From Pecten maximus (taxonomy: Eukaryota): a stretch of DNA of 64,000 bases. Within the stretch, counting starts at the first letter, position 1. The number at the start of each line of letters is the position of its first letter. The position numbers and the translations under genes were made by a program. Location of the stretch: contig NC_047022.1 of the NCBI RefSeq assembly GCF_902652985.1, positions 29,078,001 to 29,142,000 on the forward strand, in the 5' to 3' direction. The notes beneath the pieces were generated by a model that did not search any database, was not told where the DNA came from, and was given only the letters and a program-made list of their open reading frames with translations. This document shows positions 28,614-41,400 of this stretch, in pieces.

Positions 28614-29232
28614 AACCGTCTGTAGATTCTGTACTAACAAACGAGACCCAGGAGAACAAACAGCTATATCATTTAGTTTAGCCTAACCGTCTGTAGATTC
28701 TGTACTAACAAACGAGTCCCAGGAGAACAAACAGCTATATCATTTAGTTTAGCCTAACCGTCTGTAGATTCTGTACTAACAAACGAGTCCCAGGAGAACA
28801 AACAGCTATATCATTTAGTTTAGCCTAACCGTCTGTAGATTCTGTACTAACAGCTATATCATTTAGTTTAGCCTAACCGTCTGTAGATTCTGTACTAACA
28901 AACGAGTCCCAGGAGAACAAACAAACTATATCATTTAGTTTAGCCTAACCGTCTGTAGATTCTGTACTAACAAACGAGTCCCAGGAGAACAAACAAACTA
29001 TATCATTTAGTTTAGCCTAACCGTCTGTAGATTATGTACTAACAAACGAGTCCCAGGAGAACAAACAACTATATCATTTAGTTTAGCCTAACCGTCTGTA
29101 GATTCTGTACTAACAAACGAGTCCCAGGAGAACAAACAACTATATCATTTAGTTTAGCCTAACCGTCTGTAGATTCTGTACTAACAAACGAGTCCCAGGA
29201 GAACAAACAACTATATCATTTAGTTTAGCCTT
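28614..29232. repeat. ~71-bp minisatellite, ~9 copies
   Basis: aaccgtctgtagattctgtactaacaaacgagtcccaggagaacaaacagctatatcatttagtttagcct. Confidence 0.9.
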
Positions 29233-30597
29233 ACCGAATGTAAGTCTCGATATGTATAAATTGTTATTATCGTGTGTGTTTGTGTTAAGGAGGACGCTAC
29301 CAGCCTGTGATCAGTGTTAATATGATCTTATCCTTCTGGGAAATAGTCTCGTACCTCTCGTCTTTACATGATCTTTAGATCACTAACTATACATTTGTTT
29401 ACGACGATGTACATTTTAAAACAGGGACATGAAGCAATGGGATTTTACTCACTTAAACATAGGAGGGGTAATCTCTAATACGGCCAATGTTAACATCGAC
29501 TGAAGGATGTAACTGATCGTGATCTTAATAGTATTTAATGACCTTGTTTACAAACACGTCTTTGATAAAATACTGACCTGTTACAGGTAGCTTCAGCAGA
29601 CTCGCGCTGGATGTTATTGATGATGTACATGTAGTTGGCCAAATCTACTGTCATAATATGCCTATAGTTATACGAAGTTGTGTGACAATCGATACAGACA
29701 TAACGAGACTCATTTGAATTCCCTAAGCTAATTTCCATTTGTCACTAGGGACAGTTTCAACTGAATTCATTTGTTATATATCTATAGCACAGTCGGATGA
29801 AAAACAAGAATATCGACATACATGTATATGTAATAGATAAACCACGATTCCAACTCAAAGTCGATCAAACGAGGTCACAGCAGATATAAATGTTCCTGGA
29901 GTCCCTCGAAAAAGCAAAATGAGAATACGACCAGGTGCTCCGGGAGAGTAAGCTTGCTTCATCGATGACGTCATCCATCCTGAACTGAATGAAATTAACA
30001 CTTTGTCAATGTGTCTGCTGTAAGATATTCAACAATAGACATTTATGAAATTGAGTCACTGTGACCTACATTTTGACTATTGGTTATATTTTTCAATTGG
30101 TTTTATTTTCAACACATCAATGCATCATAATTACAAAGACAGATTAAAAAAATATTAAATTTCGTCAAAATTGAGCCAATCAGGAAAATACCACCCAATC
30201 TGCCCCCTCATAACTCGAAATAGCCTCTGACCTGACCTTTATTTCAAGTCATATCATGAAAAAATAAAACTGCCCAAATTGGCACCCCTTCTTTATAATA
30301 ACCTGGAAGATTGAATAAAGTTGATTATTAAAGCAGGATCACAGTTCTTCATTTGTTTTTCGAAAATATTTCAATTTAGACAAAATACTCTTATTCACAT
30401 CAATTAATGTAAAAATCTCACATAAGGAGACAATATTTTATGTCCTACTTACTACACACACATTGTACACATGACTTTGTGAACTACATGTAGCACATAT
30501 TACACACAGTACAAATACATGTTATACATTTCACACACATACTGTAAAAATCAAGTTAATATGATTTGTACGATTGGGACGTAAATTGCAATATTGG

Positions 30598-31017
30598 ATT
30601 GTTGGTTCATATTACCACCGATACTGGTGGCTGTTGGTTCATATTACCACCGATACTGGTCGCTGTTGGTACATATTACCACCGATACTGGTCGCTGTTG
30701 GTACATATTACCACCGATACTGGTCGCTGTTTGTACATATTACCACCGATACTGGTCGCTGTTGGTACATATTACCACCGATACTGGTCGCTGTTGGTTC
30801 ATATTACCACCGATACTGGTCGCTGTTGGTACATATTACCACCGATACTGGTCGCTGTTGGTTCATATTACCACCGATACTGGTCGCTGTTGGTTCATAT
30901 TACCACCGATACTGGTCGCTGTTGGTACATATTACCACCGATACTGGTCGCTGTTGGTACATATTACCACCGATACTGGTCGCTGTTGGTACATATTACC
31001 ACCGATACTGGTCGCTA
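30598..31017. repeat. 32-bp minisatellite, ~13 copies
   Basis: (gttggtacatattaccaccgatactggtcgct)n. Confidence 0.9.
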
Positions 31018-31346
31018 TTTGTCTTTCTACATTTTCCTTTACCTTTACTTCCTTTAACCAGAAAAAGTACATTGTGACAAGCACCTGTGGGGATTTGTAC
31101 TTTAAATTACATATCTACCCGATCTTATTGAGATGAATAGCGTCTAATTAAGCTCTATTATCACTGTTCAGTAGTGATCTGGTGAGTAGACTGTTTAATT
31201 ACGTAACAGTATTATAGGTATGTAACTCTACGTCATTGTATTAACTGGGGCTGACTTTGGGAACTGTCGCCTTAAACTTGTATATCTAACAATACTTTTA
31301 TTGCAATTAGACTAACTGGAAGGACCCGTCCGAGGAATGGAACGGT

Positions 31347-33213
31347 TTTATGTACATTATAACATTTACAATGAAGGTGAGCATTTTTATACATGATAAC
31401 ATTTACCACAGAGGTGAGAGTTTTATGTACATTATATCTACAGAGGTGAGAGTTTTCTGTACATTATAACATTAATCACGGAGGTGAAAGTTTTCTGTAC
31501 ATTATAACATTTACCACAGAGGTGAGAGTTTTCTGTACATTATAACATTCATCACGGAGGTGAGAGTTTTATGTACATTATAACATTAATCACGGAGGTG
31601 AAAGTTTTCTGTACATTATAACATTTACCACAGAGGTGAGAGTTTTCTGTACATTATAACATTCATCACGGAGGTGAGAGTTTTATGTACATTATAACAT
31701 TAATCACGGAGGTGAGAGTTTTATTACATTATAACATTTATAACGGAGGTGAGAGTTTTATGTACAGTATTACATTCATCACGGAGGTGAGAGTTTTATG
31801 TACATTATAACATTAATCACGGAGGTGAAAGTTTTCTGTACATTATAACATTCATCACGGAGGTGAGAGTTTTCTGTACATTATAACATTCATCACGGAG
31901 GTGAGAGTTTTATGTACATTATAACATTGATCACGGAGGTGAAAATTTTATGTACATTATAACATTCATCACGGAGGTGAGAGTTTTCTGTACATTATAA
32001 CATTCATCACGGAGATGAGAGTTTTCTGTACATTATAACATTCATCACGGAGGTGAGAGTTTTCTGTTCATTATAACATTCATCACGGAAGTGAGAGTTT
32101 TATGTACATTATAACATTTACCACGGAGGTGAGAGTTTTATGTACATTATAACATTGATCACGGAGGTGAGAGTTTTATGTACATTATATCTACAGAGGT
32201 GAGAGTTTTCTGTACATTATAACATTAATCACGGAGGTGAAAGTTTTCTGTACATTATAACATTTACCACAGAGGTGAGAGTTTTCTGTACATTATAACA
32301 TTCATCACGGAGGTGAGAGTTTTATGTACATTATAACATTAATCACGGAGGTGAAAGTTTTCTGTACATTATAACATTTACCACAGAGGTGAGAGTTTTC
32401 TGTACATTATAACATTAATCACGGAGGTGAGAGTTTTATGTACATTATAACATTAATCACGGAGGTGAGAGTTTTATTACATTATAACATTTATAACGGA
32501 GGTGAGAGTTTTATGTACATTATAACATTCATCACGGAGGTGAGAGTTTTATGTACATTATAACATTAATCACGGAGGTGAAAGTTTTCTGTACATTATA
32601 ACATTAATCACGGAGGTGAGAGTTTTCTGTACATTATAACATTCATCACGGAGGTGAGAGTTTTATGTACATTATAACATTGATCACGGAGGTGAAAATT
32701 TTATGTACATTATAACATTCATCACGGAGGTGAGAGTTTTCTGTACATTATAACATTCATCACGGAGATGAGAGTTTTCTGTACATTATAACATTCATCA
32801 CGGAGGTGAGAGTTTTCTGTTCATTATAACATTCATCACGGAAGTGAGAGTTTTATGTACATTATAACATTTACCACGGAGGTGAGAGTTTTATGTACAT
32901 TATAACATTGATCACGGAGGTGAGAGTTTTCTGTACATTATTACATTGATCACGGAGGTGAGAGTTTTCTGTACATTATAACATTTACCACGGAGGTGAG
33001 AGTTTTATGTACATTATAACATTGATCACGGAGGTGAGAGTTTATGTACCTTATAACATTCATCACGGAAGTGAGAGTTTTCTGTACATTATAACATTGA
33101 TCACGGAGGTGAGAGTTTTATGTACATTATAACATTTACCACGGAGGTGAAAGTTTTATGTACATTATAACATTGATCACGGAGGTGAGAGTTTTATGTA
33201 CATTATAACATTT
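31347..33213. repeat. 38-bp minisatellite, ~49 copies, with a 753-bp higher-order duplication
   Basis: (tacattataacattcatcacggaggtgagagttttatg)n. Confidence 0.9.
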
Positions 33214-33899
33214 ACGATATACGACAAGGATAAAACACTTGGTTTTGATTGACACACTGAACGTGGTAATGTTTATTTTCATATTTTAAGATTAGCCTGA
33301 TATACCTTTACATAAAGACAGATACAATGTATCTAATATAAGACTAGACATGTCCGCCTACACTGGCTGTATATATAGGTATATCTCTTACACAAATCTT
33401 TCCTTAAAGCAATACCACAAAGTCTTCCAGTGTCATCTCCAACTTTATCTACTTATTGTGTGACACATACTACACTGTATCTTCCAAATTTCCTCCATAG
33501 GAGGTCTCTAATAGTATCATCACGTTTCATACCATTAACATGTTTATTGTAGGTTAGAAAACTCGGGCAGCATCTATGAAACATCTATGTATTTATAACA
33601 GAATATGTTTAAACATAGATTATATATCATAAAAGCAGAAAGATAGTCAGTAATGATTCTAACTCCGACTTCTGGTGTGGCATTCTTATTTGTAACTTTT
33701 GTCAGTGGTGACTTATTTATACTAGATAGAAATAACATGGGTTTTTTTTGGTTTCTTTTCTATCATTGTATTCAAACTTAATAATCTTACTGTTCTAGTA
33801 ACACTGAGATCAATCAGAATAATTCGCGTACGAGCGTGTGTTAGAACTCCCGCTGTCACCAGCCTTCATCTTAACGGTATATATATATGATTTATATAC

Positions 33900-34900
33900 G
33901 GTCTATCGGGGGTCAGGATCCCCCCCCCCCTCCCCCTTTTTCGGATGATGAATTTTTTTATAGCCTTATCCCCGAAATATTGCAAAATTTGCTATAATCA
34001 TAAATTTTGGCCCCCAGACCCCTCGCCAAAAAAAATTCGTCTCGCGCCTACGGCGCTCGCATTACCACTAAATTTCTGGACCCCCCCCCCCCCCCCCCCC
34101 CTTTTCAAATTCCTGGATCCGCGCCTGGACTTGGCACGAATTTCAAACTCACGGTCCATACATATGTAGTATTCTATATAAACTTATACAATGAACCGTG
34201 GTTGGTTCTAATTTCCATCCCAGGGTTCATATAATAAATGTATTCTAGTAAAACCGTACCAATCAGTGGCGTAGGAAGTCGTCAAAAAGTGGGGGGGCAA
34301 AATTTTTTTAACATTAAATTTTACGCACTAAACAAATCGTATGCCATCTCCGCAAAATTAGCCAATAATTATCATTTCAACATCCCATGATAATTTTGAT
34401 AATTTATGTAGTACAAAATAAGTTATTTACGCAAATCAGGATATATCATTTATGGCAAAACATGAATCACCAGGTCCGGCCAGGATTTTTGAAAGGCCGG
34501 GGGGTCCAGTAATTTAGTAATAATGCGAGCGCCGTATGCGCGAGCCGATTTTTTTTTTAACGAGTGGTCTGAGGAGCCGCCCAGCGGGTCCTGGGCAGCG
34601 CCCTGATAGGGGGTTCAAGGGGGTCTAAGCCCTCCGCGGAAAATGAAATATAGCACATTTCCAAAAATTCGAGATCAGGCGCGGATCCAGGAGTTTTCGA
34701 AAGGGGGGTCCAGTAATTAAGTGATCATGCGAGCGCCGTAGGCGCGAACCGATTTTTTTCCCCTTTTTGCGAGAGGTCTGGGGGCCGCCAAGCGGGTACC
34801 AGGGTGGCAAAGCCCCCCTGCGGATCTGCAATCGAAAGGGGGGAGCAGTAATTTAGTGATAAAGTGAGCGCCGTAGGCGCGAGACGATTTTTTTTTGTAT
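33900..34900. repeat. Cluster of the same GC-rich repeat: one forward and three inverted copies
   Basis: cgcgcctacggcgctcgc...ctggatccgcgcctg at 34043-34127; reverse-complement copies at ~34470, 34676 and 34835. Confidence 0.7.
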
Positions 34901-35418
34901 TTCCTCGTACCTGTTGGTAAAAAGTATCACTCGATTCACGTTTAAACCGCGCATTCTTATTCATGTTGCCAATTAATATCCCCTTTTCTCGACATCCACA
35001 TGCAGTGTTCTGAACACGATCGATCTTGCAGCTAGAGTAGAGCTAATACAATTTCCTTCGCACAAGCTCCAGACGCGTGACAGTATTTGCTTATGATATT
35101 GTACAGCGTGTGTGTGTCTGCACACTTCCCACACACGTTTATACACACACGTACGGTCTTTGACGATAGTAACTGTGATAGGGCCATTCACAATCTGGCG
35201 ATGGAGTGACGGACCACGTGGACTTACTGGACGGGGTACAAAGTACCCATCTGTCGCGTTAATCTGTACACTGGCTAGTGGACTCTGCCACCGTAATATC
35301 ATCGCCGCCGTCCGACATACTCGCAGTCTATCCAATACGTGAATTTTTTCTAATACCATTATTTTTCACACAAGGTATTCACATATTGTATAAGAGGGCA
35401 GACGACACTAGCGTTACA

Positions 35419-38400
35419 ATGGCAGACTCCGAGGCAGCTCTTGAAGAAGTTGTGAACACCATCGGCGGCGTGTGGGTTCTCGACAAAAATGAAAATCTGG
35501 ATGATTACTTAAAAGAAATCGGTAAGATTATGTTAATCTATCTTTGTGTTGTGTTATGGTTTTAATGTATTTTAGACAGTTAGTTTTGTCTTCTATAACA
35601 CAGTAACCGCTGATGCTGGTGGACCGGGCCGGGTGTTATAGATATCTAAAACGTGTTTAAAATATTAATTAATGTGCGTAATGGTGAACATTGTTGGTCT
35701 ATAGACTCGTACGTCAATTAATTTATATTACCATATACAACTTATACACCCCCTTCACGTTATTTAGTTTAAACTTTAGTACACAAAATATGTATTCCAT
35801 GTATATGTGTATACTATATTGCTGTCCTGCTATGCCATACATTGTATATCTAATAATTAGCCAGGGTTGAATTATCATAGTCTTTGATCTAACTACATGT
35901 ACGTATACTGGTACATTTTAGCTACAGAGAATTAACTTATTGTTCTTTTTGGTATATTTATCTTCAGGACATATTGCCACATACTTGCTAACTAGTTTGA
36001 CCCGATCACGTTACACCCTGCAGGGTGACATTGGAGGACAGGCGTTAACCCGTCAATATACTCATAACTAATTAGAATGCTATCTTTAAATTGATGACAT
36101 GCCGATCGGTAGACGGTATTGGTGTGGTGAGTGGAGGATAAAAAAATGAAACTGAAACGATGATGATTTCTCAAGGTACAGGCCAACAACCATTACCACC
36201 CTCCTGTCCCAACACTGGCCCCGGGCTACAGACTTACAACCATTACCACCCTCCTCTCCCAACTCTGGCCCCGGGCTACAGACTAACAACCATTACCACC
36301 CTCCTACCCCAAATCTGGCCCCGGGCTACAGACTAACAACCATTACCACCCTCCTACCCCAAATCTGGCCCCGGGATACAGACTAACAACCATTACCACC
36401 CTCCTGTCCCAACTCTGGCCCCGGGCTACAGACTAACAACTATTACCACCCTCCTGTCCCAAATCTGGCCCCGGGCTACAGACTAACAACCATTACCACC
36501 CTCCTACCTCAAATCTGGCCCCGGGCTACAGACTAACAACTATTACCACCATCCTGTCCCAACTCTGGCTCCGGGCTACAGACTAACAACTATTACCACC
36601 CTCCTATCCCATGTTACACCTGGGGTTAGCTTACCACAATTACATGTTACACCTGGGGTTAGCTTACCACAGCTACATGTTACACCTGGGATTAGCGTAC
36701 CACAGCTACATGTTACACATGGGATTATCGTACGACAGCTACATTTTTTGTACATGTTACATCTGGGGTTAGCTTACCACAGCTACATGTTACACCTGGG
36801 ATTATCGTACGACAGCTACATTTTTTGTACATGTTACATCTGGGGTTAGCTTACCACAGCTACACGTTACACCTGGGATTAGCGTACCACAGCTACATGT
36901 TACACCTGGGGTTAGCGTACCACAACAACATGTTACACCTGGGATTATCGTACCACAACTACATGTTACACCTGGGATTAGCGTACCACAGCTACATGTT
37001 ACACCTGGGATTATCGTACCACAACTACATGTTACACCTGGGATTATCGTACCACAACTACATGTTACACCTGGGATTAGCGTACCACAGCTACATGTTA
37101 CACCTGAGATTAGCGTACCACAGCTACATGTTACACCTGGGATTAGCGTACCACAACTACATGTTACACCTGGGGTTAGCTCCGATATCACCAACGTGTA
37201 TTTAGCTAAAACAGTAACGGTTGTTTAAAGAGAGCGTCATTTGTTTAAACTGTTTTAACTTCAGTAAATAAATGAACGTTCTTCAAATCACTAAAGCTGC
37301 CGCTGTATGTTTGGATCCATCCAAAATGTGTATAATATAAACACGTTTTACAGGTTTTACATGGGATATGGTGCTAGATTAACACTTGGTAACATGATAC
37401 CCCTCGCCGTTGTCCAATAAACAAAGACTGTTACACATTCTCATGCCCCTGTGTGTATGACAAGTTTACATTACTCTGCCAACCCGGAAGGTATGATGGC
37501 AGGTGGGGACGTATTAACATAACCATACAATTATACAATAGTGACGTCTTCATCACTGTTGTCGTGCTGACTTGGGACCGTTATTAATTAGCCAGCCTCT
37601 CGGTCAGCGACCTACAGCACAAACACGTAGCTACTTTATTACAAGTACGATTAAATATTACGCTTGAAACCAACAGGTACTTGACACAATTCCCTAACTA
37701 CATCGTGTATGTGTATACGGTTTGAAGAATGTTATATGATTTGTCCTCCATATGTATTGTGTCAAGTTGAGCTAGTGTCAAGTTTGGTTAGTGATGTGTC
37801 AAGTTGAGCAAGTGTCAAGTTTGGTTAGTGATTTGTCGAGTTGAGCTAGTGTCAAACTTGGTAAGTGATGTGTCAAGTTGAGCTAGGGTCAAGTTTGATT
37901 ATAGTGATGTGTCGAGTAGAGCTAGTGGCAATTTTGGTAAGTGATGTGTCAAGTTGAGCTTGTGTTAGATTTTGGTTATTGGTGTCAAATTTTGGTTGTG
38001 ATGTCATGTTTTGTTAGTGAGGTCAAGTTTGGTTAATGACGTCAAATGGTTAGTAGACTGTCATTATACAAATAGCACCTTTCTCGATGCCTGTCATGTG
38101 AGTTAAAGTGTCACGTGACACAACGGCCAATTGCGTGTCACGTGTCTGTATTTAAAAATGTTTTAGAGTTTTAAAGTAAAACGCATTAATTGATTGAGGA
38201 CAGTTGGGAATATTTTACTGCTGGACTAAGATGGTTAGCATGTTCTGTTTCATGGACAACGCTAGCCGCGAGTCAAGGTCGAATCTAGGTCGAATCAAGG
38301 TCGCGTCCTCTAAATGGCAACAAGGGTGCACGTGATGACAACAGAACTACTTTAATTATCCGGGAGCATCGACCACGTCTTACTTGATTTCATGAGATCA

Positions 38401-41400
38401 TAATATGCGTGCATAAATTGAAAGTATGGAATCTGCTTAGTGCTATAATATTTCATCACACAAGACAGTGAAGATACAGATCAATTTACTTGGCATGTTC
38501 CTATGACCAAAAATGGAAATTTAACCTTATGGTCCGATCCCATAAGTGATCTAGGGATCGGACCATAGGGCATTTTTTTCATTCTGGGTCATAGGACCAG
38601 ACCAAGCCCCTGTGGTTGACATCAAGGATAGCAGGTCACGTGTCCCGACAAAGTATATTACACATACTGAACTGGCTGTGTCATGATGACTAAACTGCCC
38701 GTACAACTAACACAGTCCATGTAACAATACGTATTTGTCATGCTTTTGTTTATGATGTACATATATACTTTAATTATGATTACTAGACATACTGTAATTA
38801 CGACAGGAAATACACATATTTAAACCTTTTGACCAGCATCACTTAGCGTTAAATGATACACAGCTGATGGGGGGAGGACACAAAACATTATTTAGTGCGT
38901 TCATAAGTCAAAGACCGATTTATCGTTTTGCTAGTGTCATGGTTTCCCTTTGACGTTCCTGTCCATAGTTGAGAATTGGTATACGTTCTTCAGGTGGTCA
39001 ATTTTACAGGGACATGGCAATATTAGTTACAGTCTACATGTATTTTGAGACGTTTTGGGGGGCTAGATTAAAATTCGGTAAAAATGACGTCCCCGGTGTT
39101 ATATAAGTTATAACATTATATTTATTATATTAATACCGGGGGTGTCATTTTCACCGAATTTTAATCAGCCCCCCCCTTTATGTCTGAAAATGTGCTATAG
39201 ACACCGGGGGAGGTCCAAATACATGTAGTCTGTAACTACTTATTAATTACCTGTGGTCAGTTTGTATGTATGAGAACAACGTGTATGTTTCTGAAGCGGA
39301 TGCCCTTGATGAATACTTTGTTGACGTATTCGTCGCAATTCGATGAAATAGCTGACAAGTGTACAGGGTCGATGTGGTTATACTTACCATAGAAAGGCAT
39401 GCGTAGTGCCAACACCTATGGGAATACTCCCAGGACAGTTGGATCGATTGACTGGTAATACGTACTACTAAGTACCATCTGGTTTTGATCATGTTTATTA
39501 TGATAGTGAGGTGTGACAAAGTAACGTTATACCTAATACATTAATACCGACAAGGGAGTGAGTATCGACAATAGTGTTACGATGGAGACAAGACACGGAA
39601 GCCATTAGATATAGGTTCCGTATCTATGGGTCTATGATGTTATTAAGTCTACGTTAGACAAGTCATGTTCTGAGTGACCTTTGACTCCATTTCCGGACTT
39701 CATACATTTTGACAGATAGATGTTTGCTTGATGTTTACCTCTCAATAGATATCGTGTCCTTGCAAGATGTTGATGTAAGGGTTTATGGGTGTGGCGAGTA
39801 TGTAAAGGAGATCGGAGAGAATCCGCATGGTGCCATATCAATTAAAAATGTAGATTGTATATTTACAAGACTGTGACGTCATGCTTCAAAATATATCATG
39901 GTATGTAGCATAGTATACACTTGATCACCAAGTATATAGATAAGTGGTACATCTAATAAGTCTCGAGTCTGGGCCGATAGTATCTCGTTATCTACCCATA
40001 CAATCACAGTATACTGATAACATTGTAGGTACTGGACTCGGACACGAACTCACATGCTGGTCTAAGTGGTCAGTTAAGATGTTAGTATTGATATGAGACT
40101 GGAAGTTTAGCACAGGAATTACAGTACATGTACGTACAATCATAAAAAAATCGATTTCAACATGCCATCACGACTAAACGCACAGTAGCTGATGAAGGGT
40201 CATCTGAATAGCAAATCCAGGGATATTTTCACAAGCCCATTAATCAGTCCTCTGGTGCAATTAGACATAAGAAATAGATTGAAAAGCGATAAGTAATCTA
40301 GTGTTCGGATTCTGTGGTTATTTTTATTTTTCATTCTGTATCAAGGCCCTGTGATTAAATCGAAATCATAAATGACCTTCATACAATATGGGGTTTTAAA
40401 TTGTGCATGAATAAAGATATCAGGACAAAACATAAAAAATGGACTTATCAAGATTTATGTTAGACTTGAGGCTAGTGAAGCACTGGTTTTTAAAGAAAAG
40501 ACATCGGGGTCTCAATACTTTTATTTTTTAATGGAGTTTACATCCGCTATTACGACCTCTCAGCTGACGACGTGTAGAGTTCTTCCCCTCCTTGTCAAGT
40601 ACCGTAAATAACAAGAAGGATGTTGATGGCATTGAGTACCTGGTAATGTATGATTCATTATTTGACAAAGACTAGTCATGACTTAACAGCCCTTACAGTG
40701 GTTTTAGTTCATTTGGGGTATCGATATTAGGAATGGACCGGGGAGCAGTCGTGTAATAGGCGAAACCGCGCCAAACTATGCGTGACCCGATTCTGTGGAA
40801 GCTTCAGTTGTAATCTATTACAAGTAAACGTCCAGCGTTACTCTATACGAATGTATTACACTTCGACGTATCGGGTCCCTGTGAAAATTATCGACAGAAG
40901 AACCTGTATTGTAAATTTGATTTAATAATCAGTCTATACACAGGTACTTGATGTCATATCACAATAAATCACCCAATGGTGTAATATTTATAGCAGGATT
41001 GTTCAAAAATAGTTCAGCTTAATAAAACTTCTAGCGCTGTATAAATCTTTACGTCAAGTCATCAGTTTTTGCTGTGTTTTATTACTGTATTGAGGACAGG
41101 CTTACAAAGGTGATTTTGCGCTTAAATTCTGAGCCAACTGAACAGTATTGATCGATATGTCAATTTACTACGAACGGTCTGAATACTGGCATGCATTTAA
41201 AGAACAGTAGATAAAGTCGTTCGTCAGGGTCAGTTTACTTATAGGCTGATACTGTCTATTGTTGTCTGTAGAGTAATCTACACCGTGGGCTGTATGCATA
41301 CATGTATATACATGTTACATGCATGTGTTGATTGATAACGTAAAAGGAATTATTGATAACATTCAAATGGATTTGGTTATACATACTTCACATCGCACTA

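Noticed and set aside
30566-31136. Three overlapping 163-180 aa ORFs
   Set aside because: A 32-bp stop-free unit read in all three frames
28614-33213. CRISPR-like regularly spaced repeats
   Set aside because: No unique spacers, no cas genes, and a eukaryotic intron-containing context
36802-37194. Cys-rich GVTCSCGTLIP repeat ORF resembling metallothionein
   Set aside because: A 33-bp minisatellite that is open on both strands; periodicity is at the DNA level with no codon-position bias evident
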